In this document: positions 49,402-58,668 of the stretch, one piece after another | Numbering within the stretch: the stretch's first letter is position 1 | Layout: each line of letters starts with the position of its first letter | Notes under the pieces: model-generated | Databases searched by the model: none | What the model was told of the DNA's origin: nothing | Seen by the model: only the letters and a program-made list of their open reading frames with translations | Made by a program: the position numbers and the translations under genes | NCBI GenBank assembly: GCA_963819815.1 | Contig: CAWFXL010000001.1 | Span: 607,027-671,026 of the forward strand | Direction: 5' to 3' | Origin: an uncultured bacterium | GTDB lineage: Bacteria; Babelota; Babeliae; Babelales; Babelaceae | DNA: 64,000 nt

Positions 49402-51402
49402 ATGGACTATCGACTATCCCTTATTTCTCTTATATGGATAGGTACTCTCTGGAGTAGTCAAACAGCAGTAGTCGTTCCTATCATTAAAGAGCTTGCAACA
49501 ACTTGTGCATCTGAGACTCATGAAGTATCAGATCTTTTAAAAACTTTCTCTAAACTTCCTGAACCCGTTCAAGAGCAGCTCATCACAACTGATTATCTCA
49601 GTAAAGGCTATGTAGAATCCAAAGGTCTCATAAATGCAAAACCGCTGTTTATCGCAAAGACTGAAGTGGTCGAACTTAAAAGCCCGTACGATGCCCACGG
49701 TCACAGGCGACCAACGCGTCACCCTTTGAACCCTTTTATCATAGGTCAAACAGAAAAAGAGCCTGTGTGCTTTGCCTACACCTACGATGCTGTAGTAAAA
49801 GTTCCCAAAGAAGAAGCGTACTTTGTTCCCCATTTTTTTGATCACTCCACCGGCAAAAAATATTTGATGCACCCTGATCATGCCAATGAAGATTCAGTGC
49901 GTCAGTTCATAGGGCCTAATAAACATGGAGTCATCGTATTCTTCGATCATAATGAAGGCCAGATGCATATTGGGAGACTCTATGAAGAGATATACAATCG
50001 CAAGGCTTCCTGTTGGGATCCTGAATGCCATAAGGCAAAAATGCTAGAAGGCTTCAATCGGCCTGACCTTGTCAATGATTTCGCACCTGAGTTTGATCCC
50101 GCCGATCCTGTTACAGCAATTTCGCTGGATGCTGGAGAATTAGGCGAACCAATCGATGTCTCTTCCCATGATGCCCGCACTTTGGTGAAGGTGCTCATAT
50201 ATGGCTATGTACAGCATCTTTATAAGAATTATATCTTAGAGGGAAGGAAATCCGGCCGTGTGTTGCTTCATGAGTTCAACGAACGCGCAATGGGCTTATG
50301 TAACAGTTTTCTGTTTACTCCAAACCTTTCTACTAAGGAACTCCCTGTGCATCTAGAAGGTTCGGCAAGAGATCTTATTCTCGGCAAGGATCGATCAACT
50401 GCATGGATCCTCGATGGTCGAGCTTTGTATACCTACAGCATACCAACAAAAAAACAAACGACCGTTTGTACACTTCCCAATCTGGGATGCCGACAAGAGA
50501 GTGTCAAGGCAAGTCCGGATTATGAAAAGAACGATACGTCTGAAAAGATCACACGCTTTATCCTCGCTCCGGATGAACAGTATGCACTCCTTGGAGGAGA
50601 TCAAGGCTCGGTATTGTTAGTCGATGTTGCGAGCAACAATTGTCATGTGATTGAAGCGATGTCCGGTCATGCGATTGTAGATATGTGGTGGAGTGAAAAA
50701 AATCGCATCGTGCTATTAAGTAGATCTGGAGTGGTTAAAGCCTATACTCTTAAGATCGGTACACAAGATGCGTACGTAGAAACACTCATGAATGGTAACC
50801 AAAGTAACGAACGTGCAACAGTTTCTCAAGAATCCACCCAAGACGAAAATAGTACATCAGCTATACACAAACCTCGAATACAGCTCGCAGGTAATGCACG
50901 CCAAATTAATCTTACCAAAGATAATGTAGTTGCCTGGATACTCGACAAAGAAGCGCTCTATACCTATAGCCTAAAAACCCTCGAGCAAAAGCTTGTAGCC
51001 AAAATGCCGCAGTTACCTCCACGAAAAGATACCTATGTGTATGACTCTCAAACAGAGGAACATCTGCTAACTACTGAGTGTGAACTTATTGACTGTTTTG
51101 TCGTATCTCCCCATGAACAGTATGCCCTCTTAGGAGGTAGCCAAGGGTCAGTACTCTTGTTCGATTTTGCACGTAATACTCATCATGAAATCGATGTACT
51201 AGCCGATGATGGCATCAAAGCGATAGTCTGGAGCCAAGAAGATCGTATACACATAGACTGCATATCTGGCTCGTATAAAGAATTTACTCTTCACGTACTT
51301 CCCGATGGGAGTTTCACCAAAACAGATGAGCATTTTAGGTCAAGTAAGTTCGAATCTTGGGAAATAGATGAACTTATTGCTGCTTCCAAACCGCTAGCAT
51401 GA
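49402..51402 (+). CDS. Secreted repeat protein (internal duplication, beta-propeller-like blades)
   Basis: 666 aa with a signal peptide. Two homologous modules are seen: DRSTAWILDGRALYTYSIPTKKQ...ILAPDEQYALLGGDQGSVLLVDVASN and KDNVVAWILDKEALYTYSLKTLEQ...VVSPHEQYALLGGSQGSVLLFDFARN. Confidence 0.6.
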   Translation: MDYRLSLISLIWIGTLWSSQTAVVVPIIKELATTCASETHEVSDLLKTFSKLPEPVQEQLITTDYLSKGYVESKGLINAKPLFIAKTEVVELKSPYDAHGHRRPTRHPLNPFIIGQTEKEPVCFAYTYDAVVKVPKEEAYFVPHFFDHSTGKKYLMHPDHANEDSVRQFIGPNKHGVIVFFDHNEGQMHIGRLYEEIYNRKASCWDPECHKAKMLEGFNRPDLVNDFAPEFDPADPVTAISLDAGELGEPIDVSSHDARTLVKVLIYGYVQHLYKNYILEGRKSGRVLLHEFNERAMGLCNSFLFTPNLSTKELPVHLEGSARDLILGKDRSTAWILDGRALYTYSIPTKKQTTVCTLPNLGCRQESVKASPDYEKNDTSEKITRFILAPDEQYALLGGDQGSVLLVDVASNNCHVIEAMSGHAIVDMWWSEKNRIVLLSRSGVVKAYTLKIGTQDAYVETLMNGNQSNERATVSQESTQDENSTSAIHKPRIQLAGNARQINLTKDNVVAWILDKEALYTYSLKTLEQKLVAKMPQLPPRKDTYVYDSQTEEHLLTTECELIDCFVVSPHEQYALLGGSQGSVLLFDFARNTHHEIDVLADDGIKAIVWSQEDRIHIDCISGSYKEFTLHVLPDGSFTKTDEHFRSSKFESWEIDELIAASKPLA

Positions 51403-52510
51403 GTCGCTTATGTATCTCAGGATGAGCTACACATAAAGGCTCGTTAAAGAACCCCTCAATCAAAAGATGCTTTGCACACTCGACACTCATCCCTCTTGAT
51501 CGCAAGTACTGGAGCTTTTCCTCATCAAATTGCCCTACAGCGCTACCGTGGGAACACTGTACCTCATGAGTCGCTACCTCTAAGGAAGGAATCGCACAGG
51601 TACGAGCTCCTGGACTTAACAGAAGAGCCCGCTGCTGTTGTAAGGCGACCGATTTGTGGGCATCTTTGAAAATGGCAATCGTTCCTCGATAAAAGGATTT
51701 TGCTTGATCCGTTCCCACTGTTTTTACCAATACAGAACTCGAACTTGAAAGTCCACGATGTTCCTGAACAGTCGTTAAAGCGCTCTGCTCAGTACCTCGC
51801 AAAGAACCTAGAAACGTATATTTCATGTGTGCTTCATCGTTCAACACATACTCCTTGCGTAGCCAAGATTGCCGAGCACCGGTAAGAACTTGCAACATCT
51901 CAAGATGGGACCCTTTTTCAAGATGCCAACTATCATGCTGGAGTATTACACCCCCCGTATGCTCACTCACCCATACAAGATCAGAGTGAGACGCAAGAGA
52001 ACCTACAATAACTCGCGCTGAAAGCTCAGGAGAATTTACGCTATCTTGGACCTTTACTGAAATACCCTTTTCAAGAATCATAAAAAGTACCTCTTTACCA
52101 CCAAGAGAGTCCTCAAGAGCTACATGCTCAAGAGATTCAGCGCAGTACATAATACGTACCCTATGAAAAGTGGCACCGATAAGATGCATGAGAGAGCGGG
52201 GTCCGTTCATGGAGCTATGTAAAAGATCGTAGCATGCGGAAGGAATATGAGGAGCTCTATCTAGGGTAGCGATCCACGACCGTTCTCCAAGTTGCCGATA
52301 ACTCGAAGCTGCACCTTTTTCGACTCCCCATGAAATCATGGGCGTCATAAAACGGGTAAGCTCTTTATCCGGTTTGCCTACCTGCGAATATCCTAAAAAA
52401 GCTTTGGCACGTAGCTCCTCCTCAAAAGGAGTCCAGGAGCCTTCTTTATTCAAGTGGCCGATAAGCTCCGTGGGAGGAAAAAGATCATGAGGAAATGCAT
52501 ATTGGGCCAC
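51374..52510 (-). CDS. sufD: Fe-S cluster assembly protein SufD
   Basis: 378 aa with a GTG start. The C-terminal SFYRGTI...ALQQQRALLLS...A.PSLEV...EVQCSHGSAVGQFDEEKLQYLRSRGM is the SufB/SufD signature. Confidence 0.85.
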   Translation of the reverse strand: MAQYAFPHDLFPPTELIGHLNKEGSWTPFEEELRAKAFLGYSQVGKPDKELTRFMTPMISWGVEKGAASSYRQLGERSWIATLDRAPHIPSACYDLLHSSMNGPRSLMHLIGATFHRVRIMYCAESLEHVALEDSLGGKEVLFMILEKGISVKVQDSVNSPELSARVIVGSLASHSDLVWVSEHTGGVILQHDSWHLEKGSHLEMLQVLTGARQSWLRKEYVLNDEAHMKYTFLGSLRGTEQSALTTVQEHRGLSSSSSVLVKTVGTDQAKSFYRGTIAIFKDAHKSVALQQQRALLLSPGARTCAIPSLEVATHEVQCSHGSAVGQFDEEKLQYLRSRGMSVECAKHLLIEGFFNEPLCVAHPEIHKRLMLAVWKQQ

Positions 52511-52825
52511 CAGTGATCACCTTTATGTAGTCGATATCTCTCTCATGTGGAAGTCACCTGAGCAAACATATCGAATGTACTGTTTAAGAGTACCTTAAAC
52601 GTCTCTATCAATCAAAAAAAGGCCCGTTACACTATCTTAAAATCTTCAACGATCCTCCTTTTCTTGCTCAAGTTCTGATAACTGGAGAACAACTCATACA
52701 ATCGAAGAAAGTTCTTATAGGAAGGTCCATCGAAAGCCGAGCAATCATTGACTGCCGCTGAGAATACATGATATAACCTTACCACTAACAGAATTTTCTT
52801 GGCAATCACCTCATAAAGGAACCAT

Positions 52826-53851
52826 ATGTTTAAAGAAATAGTACCCTTAGGACTCTTAGTGATGTCTTTTTCACTATTTCCTATGAATAAGACCAAGGTT
52901 GATACAGTACTTATTGTTCCTATGCAGTTCCGAGCAGACACAAAAGAGTGGTATCTCTTACTTGGCCAAGATACGGGAGAGGCATACGGTGGGTTTAAGA
53001 AAAAACTAGTGCGTGAAACCCCCGATCAGGCAACAGTAAAGACCCTAGTTAACCAAACTAATGGTGTATATAATGATAAGAACTTTACCCTAGATACTGC
53101 TTATAAAGTGGAAACTCCCCTGGGAGAGATGCTTTATTTTGTGAACGTGCCTTTTATTCCTGATGCAGACTTGAAGAAAAAAGGTGCGACTAAGCGATTT
53201 AAATCTGACTTTAGGTGGGTTCGTGTAGAAACACTACTCAAATCCAAGGGAGACTTTACTCCTTCAGGAAGCACCAAGCCTGTGTACCCTGGGTTTGTAG
53301 AGAAACTCAAGAAGTATTTGCCGGATGCTCTGCAGAGTTTACCAAAACCCATTCCGGCAACTTCATCACAATCCGTTAGTGCTTCTGTACCCATAACAAC
53401 CAAAGCCGTCCAGTCATCAAGCTCAGCAACTGCAACTTCATCAAAAGCGCATCATGTTACGAACTATACACATTTGGCTCAGTTTGTACTTGATAATAAT
53501 CCACATGAGCCGAGTGAGAAGGAGTCGTTAGCAATCACTCCGATGTATGAAGACCTAGTGGACCGAGGTATTATCGACAACTTTTTGATACGATATGAAG
53601 ACTTACGACATCAAGATGGATCGACCTTAACCGAGAAAGAAAAGAAAGAGATTATCGATTATTTGGAAGCTAACGACCATCATGCAGATGATATGACTTT
53701 AAGACTTGCCAACAACAATATTCATGTTCTCGCGCAAGGAACGCACAACCCTCAATTAAAAAATAAAGTATGGAGTTATGTGCATCGTTATATGAGAAGC
53801 CTACCAAAACTCGTTGAAGAGCTAAAACAACAAAATACCAAGGCTCGCTAA
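52826..53851 (+). CDS. Hypothetical protein
   Basis: 341 aa. It has an N-terminal hydrophobic segment, a Ser/Thr-rich linker (PATSSQSVSASVPITTKAVQSSSSATATSS) and a helical C-terminus. No family confidently recognised. Confidence 0.5.
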   Translation: MFKEIVPLGLLVMSFSLFPMNKTKVDTVLIVPMQFRADTKEWYLLLGQDTGEAYGGFKKKLVRETPDQATVKTLVNQTNGVYNDKNFTLDTAYKVETPLGEMLYFVNVPFIPDADLKKKGATKRFKSDFRWVRVETLLKSKGDFTPSGSTKPVYPGFVEKLKKYLPDALQSLPKPIPATSSQSVSASVPITTKAVQSSSSATATSSKAHHVTNYTHLAQFVLDNNPHEPSEKESLAITPMYEDLVDRGIIDNFLIRYEDLRHQDGSTLTEKEKKEIIDYLEANDHHADDMTLRLANNNIHVLAQGTHNPQLKNKVWSYVHRYMRSLPKLVEELKQQNTKAR

Positions 53852-54028
53852 GGCAGGTAATAGCTAGAGTCCCTGTTAATATAGAGCCCCCCACCCTCAA
53901 TGCAATATCTAGGATTCGCAGGTTAATGCAAACGCTATTAGGGACAAAAATGTTGTGGATACAGTTTTCGCAACCTAAACCATTGTTTTTTGTAGAAAGC
54001 ACTTGCTATCCTATCGCTATCGCTAACT

Positions 54029-54673
54029 ATGCAAACCCATTACCTGAGACCATCTATGGCAAAATATCAACGTATTGATAAAGACAATTCCCTCGTCCTC
54101 TTTGTTGATCACCAGACAGGACTCATAAGCCTTGTTCATGACTTTTCACCAAGCGAATTTAAGAACAATATACTGGCACTTGCCGATATTGCCCTGTATT
54201 TTAAACTTCCGGTAATCTTAACAACGAGTTTTGAAAATGGTCCGAATGGTCCAATAGTTCCTGAGTTGAAAGAGATATTACCCCACGCTACTTTTATACC
54301 CCGTCCTGGACAAATTAATGCTTGGGACAACGAAGATTTTGTGAACGCAATCAAAGCGAGCGGCAAGAAACAACTTATCATCGCAGGGATTGTAACAGAC
54401 GTATGCGTTGCCTTCCCCACTCTTTCCGCCCTCGAAGCTGGTTATGAAGTTTTTGTAGTAACCGATGCTGCAGGAACAACCAGTGCTGCCGTACGTGATG
54501 CTGCACATCTTCGAATGAGCCAAGCAGGGGCCCAACTCATGAATTGGTTTAGCGTGGCCTCTGAATTGCAACGAGACTGGCGTAATGACGTTAAAGGGTT
54601 TGGTGAATTACTTATTAAACATGAACCAAACTACAAAGCTCTCATGGCAAGCTATAATGCCCTTAAAAAATAA
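54029..54673 (+). CDS. ycaC: Isochorismatase-family cysteine hydrolase, YcaC type
   Basis: Full-length resemblance to YcaC as I recall it: LVLFVDHQTGLISLV, FKNNILAL, TTSFENGPNGPIVPELK, NAWDNEDFVNAIKASGKKQLIIAGIVTDVCVAFP, VVTDAAGT, SQAGAQLMNWFSVASELQRDWRND. Confidence 0.85.
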   Translation: MQTHYLRPSMAKYQRIDKDNSLVLFVDHQTGLISLVHDFSPSEFKNNILALADIALYFKLPVILTTSFENGPNGPIVPELKEILPHATFIPRPGQINAWDNEDFVNAIKASGKKQLIIAGIVTDVCVAFPTLSALEAGYEVFVVTDAAGTTSAAVRDAAHLRMSQAGAQLMNWFSVASELQRDWRNDVKGFGELLIKHEPNYKALMASYNALKK

Positions 54674-54729
54674 TTTCGCCAAGCAAGCTCGTCACTAGTG
54701 AGAGCACTTTGCATTATGAATTCATGAAG

Positions 54730-54769
54730 ATTACCTGCAATTGCACCAGTCGTTAAAATTGCAGGTAAT
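54730..54769 (+). terminator. Hairpin downstream of ycaC
   Basis: attacctgcaatt (54730..54742) pairs with aattgcaggtaat (54757..54769), giving a 13-bp perfect stem and a 14-nt loop. No strong T-run follows. Confidence 0.35.
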
Positions 54770-55187
54770 GTGTTCATTCCCTCCTCTGTCTTTGCGCCAC
54801 TGAAGCAATTTTTCTTTTTTTGTTCACCAGTTTGACAAGCAATGCCTTTTATGGTATATTTTTTCTGTTGAGGTATAACATCGTGTTATGCCATATGCTA
54901 AAAGAGTTAAAAAGATGAAAAGCACATACAACAGTTTTGCTTCTAATCAAGGTTCATGGGTCAATCCCATGAGCAGCTCTCATAGCGCTCTTTTGGCATT
55001 CCCTCTCAACGCTCTCATTATTACTTCTATTCTGTCCTACGGGACTAAACATATAAAATAAACACTTACCCTCATTTTTGTTGTCTATTTTTCAAATCAC
55101 CTGATCATGGTGTGAGAATCACCTGCAGTCATGTGGAAAATAGTCATTGGATAGAATAATTACATCAATTACTTGATTGGAATTACT

Positions 55188-56069
55188 ATGTTAATACATT
55201 GTATAGTAAGCATGATGATGCTTACATTTACATGCACCGCATTCTGCATGGAGGATGATTCCTCTGTTCGTGTGCTTGCAAAGGAAGCTGCAATTGGTAC
55301 AGTTGCTGGAGCCGCAGAGGTAACTGCTAACTCTCCACTTATCTATTTCAAGAATGCTATGCAGCAGGGCCATAAAATATCTATGGATCCAAAGGTATGG
55401 TACCGTGGGTACGGAATGAATGTCACCGCAATGGGACCTACAACTGCTATCCAAATCTGCACAGATAGAGGACTTGAAACAGTTGTGCCGGGAACCGATT
55501 TGTACAGCAAAGTAGCTCGTGCATTTACTGCCGGAGCTCTTTCTGCAACGGTAAATGGGCCCATTGAGTTGGTCATCAGAGATCAACAGGAACATAATGG
55601 AACTGCACTAGCAACCTGCAAAAAAGTGCTTTCGGGTGGTGGATTGCGTGCGTTTGGTCGCGGATGGGCAGCAACCGCGTTGCGTGAAGGCGGATTTGCC
55701 ACGGGGTACTTGGTTGCTTTCCCTATGGCTGAAGAAGCAATAAAGAAAGCACAAGATGCCGCTCAAAGCAATATAGAGGATCCATGGGTAAAAGCGATAG
55801 TATCACACCCTGCCTGCTCCTATGTTGGTGCTGGAGCTGCGACGGGTATCGCTTTTGCCGTGGCAACACATCCTTGTGATACGGTGAAAACAAAGCTCCA
55901 AGCGGATTACCAAGGTGCTTTATTCAAGAACACCCAAGATGTGGTACGAACTGTGATTGCTCAGAAAGGCGTCGCTGGTCTTTTCGCAGGCGCATCACCA
56001 CGAGCAGTACGTGCTGGATTAGCAATTCCCTTGATAGGTACTATAAAAAAGTATTTTTCAGAGGAATAA
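55188..56069 (+). CDS. Mitochondrial carrier family (SLC25-type) transporter
   Basis: The protein has three ~95-aa repeats, each with two hydrophobic helices. Carrier signatures are SPLIYFKNA..(VWYRGYG), GPIELVIRD..(RAFGRGWAATALRE) and HPCDTVKTKLQ..(GLFAGASPRAVR); the third repeat matches P-x-[DE]-x-x-[KR]-x-[KR] exactly. The start is uncertain (TTG 55173, ATG 55188 or ATG 55248). Confidence 0.8.
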   Translation: MLIHCIVSMMMLTFTCTAFCMEDDSSVRVLAKEAAIGTVAGAAEVTANSPLIYFKNAMQQGHKISMDPKVWYRGYGMNVTAMGPTTAIQICTDRGLETVVPGTDLYSKVARAFTAGALSATVNGPIELVIRDQQEHNGTALATCKKVLSGGGLRAFGRGWAATALREGGFATGYLVAFPMAEEAIKKAQDAAQSNIEDPWVKAIVSHPACSYVGAGAATGIAFAVATHPCDTVKTKLQADYQGALFKNTQDVVRTVIAQKGVAGLFAGASPRAVRAGLAIPLIGTIKKYFSEE

Positions 56070-56238
56070 AGGCTGAAGTGCATACGTAGGTAAGATGTCT
56101 GGTATCGGGTCGTCGTACATTGATACAACGGCCTGGTACCAGATAGTGTCATATTTGATGCTTTATGACCAACATCCACTTGAAATTCATTAATAAGTAT
56201 CGTCGTATAGGTATCCGTTATTAAAACCGATCATCCAA

Positions 56239-56266
56239 TTGACTTTGGCTTGGAAGGCTCTATATT
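56239..56266 (+). promoter_or_regulatory. Sigma70-like promoter for the WD40 gene
   Basis: TTGACT (56239..56244), a 16-nt spacer, then TATATT (56261..56266). Confidence 0.45.
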
Positions 56267-56314
56267 GAGTGCCAATTCCAGTTATACCTAAGGCCTGTAT
56301 TGAGGGGGCATCAG

Positions 56315-58588
56315 ATGCTGCATAGAAAACTATTTCTTGGTGGATTTCTTGTATGTGAGATAATCTGTAGTGCCGCTTCACACAGTCGTAGCATTGAACC
56401 ACAGGTCGTTGCCATACTACCTCCTGAGAAAACGTTCTTTTTCGGGACTAGACAATGGCCTCTCAAAGTAGAACCACATTTGCTGCATTTCATGGAAAAT
56501 TATACCGAAGAAAATGGGTACGTATATTTACCAAAAATTTCGTATCATACAGGACTTCTGGTAACCGACCTCCTTCATTTGCTGCATCGTCTTGAATCTG
56601 AAGATGCGCGCCATCACCAAGAATTTAAAGACGAGCTCATAGAGCGTATTGGTAGTCTTGAAAATGGAGAATTGCTTGAGGCCTTCTATGCTACTCATCA
56701 TTTAAAGATCTCTGCTCTTAAGGAAGCTATTAAAAAAGCTATTAGAGAACGATCCTTCCTGGGAAAGAAGAAAATCAAAGTATCTAACATCCTACTTCAC
56801 TTACAACACTCTCGGCCAGAAATCATGTTTTTACACTGGGCAGAACCACTTCAGAACTGCACCATGCAAGAGGGCGTTATTGATGTAACTGCATTTCCCC
56901 GCTCTACAATAGAGTTTATCCTTACGCAACTAGACTTGGTCAATGAGACAATCGTCACACGTGGGAACGAAGATTCAGTTAGCAAAAAAATTAAAGCGCA
57001 TATTAAAAAACTTGAAGGCAACGATCTCGTAAAGCTTTTCAATGCTTCACGTGTCTTACATATCTCTACTATCCATTGGTTAGCCGAAGAAGCTCTCCGA
57101 GAACTTGAACAGCCCACGAGTATTACTGCTCAAAACCTCCTAGATTTACCAACTGATACTCGTAATACGTTCCTTAAAGAAACGATACGCAAGTTGTTTG
57201 AAATAAGGACCCGTTTGGTCGATAACGGTATTGCTAGTGGTACACTTCATGTGCCACCTGATGGGTCATTAGTCCTTGCTGGTTGTTGTTATGATTGTAC
57301 TATGATTGCTCTTACGACGGAGAGCACTCACCGTCAATCTTTCGTGGGTCATGAAAGACCTGTAACAGCTATCTGTATAACATCCGACAATCAGACTTTG
57401 GTAAGCGGTTCTGATGATGGTACAGTGCGTGTTTGGGATAGGCAGGGAGAGCAGCGTGCTGCTTATTCGCATCCTCAACCTGTAAGTACTCTATGCCTTT
57501 CACCCGATGGAAAAACAATCGTTGCAAGCTTTGATGACGGGATTATGCTCATTTGGAATTTCCCCGATGCTCCAAACCTGATTTCTGGTAATGCACTAGC
57601 TACTGCACGCGATTTATCAGGTACAAAAACATGGGAAGCTGATCCAGCATGGTTAGCAAAAGAACAAGGCCACTCAAAGATTACAGCAACCTGCGTCTCA
57701 TCAACTGGCAAGATAATCATTACGGGCACCGAAGATGGTGTTGTACGTATATGGGATATGAATGGTAGGCTAAAAGCAGTTTGCCATTGTGCACTGAAAA
57801 AAAAGATTCTTGCCGTGTCTACGACGCCTGATGATATTCTTAAAGTGTCCACGAGTCCTGATGATACGGTCATGGCAGTTACAGGCGATGGGATGGTGCT
57901 TATGTGGGAACAGTCTACACACTTTGTGAGGGGAGTATACCCATACATTGAAGGGTTATCACTCATCGATTTTTTTGTAGCTAAAGAAGGAGCCCAGGTG
58001 CCTACCTTAGTACAATGCGAAGTATCTCCTAATGGTTCTTTGGGCGCAACAGGAGTTCATGCAGCTTATATTGCGCCAAATGGCAGCATAGTCATTTTAG
58101 GAACGAATAAAGGAACGGTGAATATCTGGGACATCATAAATACCACAGCATGCAGAGTCTGCAGAGGCCATGAAGGTTGTATTAACTCGGTAAGCATGTC
58201 GCCCGATATGACCTCTATTATTTCAACTGCAGAAGATGGAACGGTACGTATTTGGAGCAAAGATGGTCAGTTGCTGGCAATATGTGATCATGATGACGAT
58301 CAAGAGGCTACCAAGGCAGTCCACGTAACAGGAAATGGTAAGATTGTTGCCAATTCTGATGATGGAAGCATATATGCTTGGAATATACAAAAAAACATAC
58401 AATGGAACTTCAATTTCGGTACTGTGCGAAGCTATATTGCACAAGCGAGCAGCAATCAAGTGAGAGGAATCTGGTCTCTGTTGCAGCGCCACTCTAAAGA
58501 ATATGGCATCGCTGATCAAGAAGAATGTTGGGAAGAAATACAAAGGCTTATAGCTAGAAGCACATCTAGAACTAGCTCAAGAACCTAA
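56315..58588 (+). CDS. WD40-repeat protein with two N-terminal BTB/Skp1-like helical repeats
   Basis: The ATG at 56315 was preferred. The C-terminal ~450 aa contain WD40 units (GHERPVTAICITSDNQTLVSGSDDGTVRVWD, TGTEDGVVRIWD, GTNKGTVNIWD, STAEDGTVRIWS, NSDDGSIYAWN). The N-terminus has two ~120-aa repeats ending LLEAFYATHHLKISALKEAIKKAI and LVKLFNASRVLHISTIHWLAEEAL. Confidence 0.8.
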   Translation: MLHRKLFLGGFLVCEIICSAASHSRSIEPQVVAILPPEKTFFFGTRQWPLKVEPHLLHFMENYTEENGYVYLPKISYHTGLLVTDLLHLLHRLESEDARHHQEFKDELIERIGSLENGELLEAFYATHHLKISALKEAIKKAIRERSFLGKKKIKVSNILLHLQHSRPEIMFLHWAEPLQNCTMQEGVIDVTAFPRSTIEFILTQLDLVNETIVTRGNEDSVSKKIKAHIKKLEGNDLVKLFNASRVLHISTIHWLAEEALRELEQPTSITAQNLLDLPTDTRNTFLKETIRKLFEIRTRLVDNGIASGTLHVPPDGSLVLAGCCYDCTMIALTTESTHRQSFVGHERPVTAICITSDNQTLVSGSDDGTVRVWDRQGEQRAAYSHPQPVSTLCLSPDGKTIVASFDDGIMLIWNFPDAPNLISGNALATARDLSGTKTWEADPAWLAKEQGHSKITATCVSSTGKIIITGTEDGVVRIWDMNGRLKAVCHCALKKKILAVSTTPDDILKVSTSPDDTVMAVTGDGMVLMWEQSTHFVRGVYPYIEGLSLIDFFVAKEGAQVPTLVQCEVSPNGSLGATGVHAAYIAPNGSIVILGTNKGTVNIWDIINTTACRVCRGHEGCINSVSMSPDMTSIISTAEDGTVRIWSKDGQLLAICDHDDDQEATKAVHVTGNGKIVANSDDGSIYAWNIQKNIQWNFNFGTVRSYIAQASSNQVRGIWSLLQRHSKEYGIADQEECWEEIQRLIARSTSRTSSRT

Positions 58589-58668
58589 TCCACCTATCTT
58601 ATGTAATACCGGTTGCAACTGATACATGCTGAAACTCATACAGAATATTCCATGATCTCCTACCTTCC

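Noticed and set aside
52627-52941. 104-aa minus-strand ORF between sufD and 52826..53851; also 53670..54002 on the minus strand.
   Set aside because: They overlap better-supported plus-strand genes and have no recognisable features.
52826-53851. Possible degenerate Nudix box in the hypothetical protein (E-TPDQATV-KTLVNQTNG compared with E-x7-REUxEExGU).
   Set aside because: Only the spacing is compatible. The catalytic R-E...E-E residues and the upstream G-x5-E are missing, so it is too weak to call without a profile or structure search.
54888-55061. 57-aa ORF (MPYAKRVKKMKSTYNSF...LAFPLNALIITSILSYGTKHIK) between ycaC and the carrier gene.
   Set aside because: It is below the ORF-track threshold, with no clear RBS and only one weak hydrophobic segment. 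It cannot be supported from sequence alone.
57475-57966. 163-aa minus-strand ORF and other antisense ORFs inside the WD40 gene (56851..57117, 58223..58543).
   Set aside because: They are antisense to a CDS with unmistakable WD40 motifs and have no independent support.
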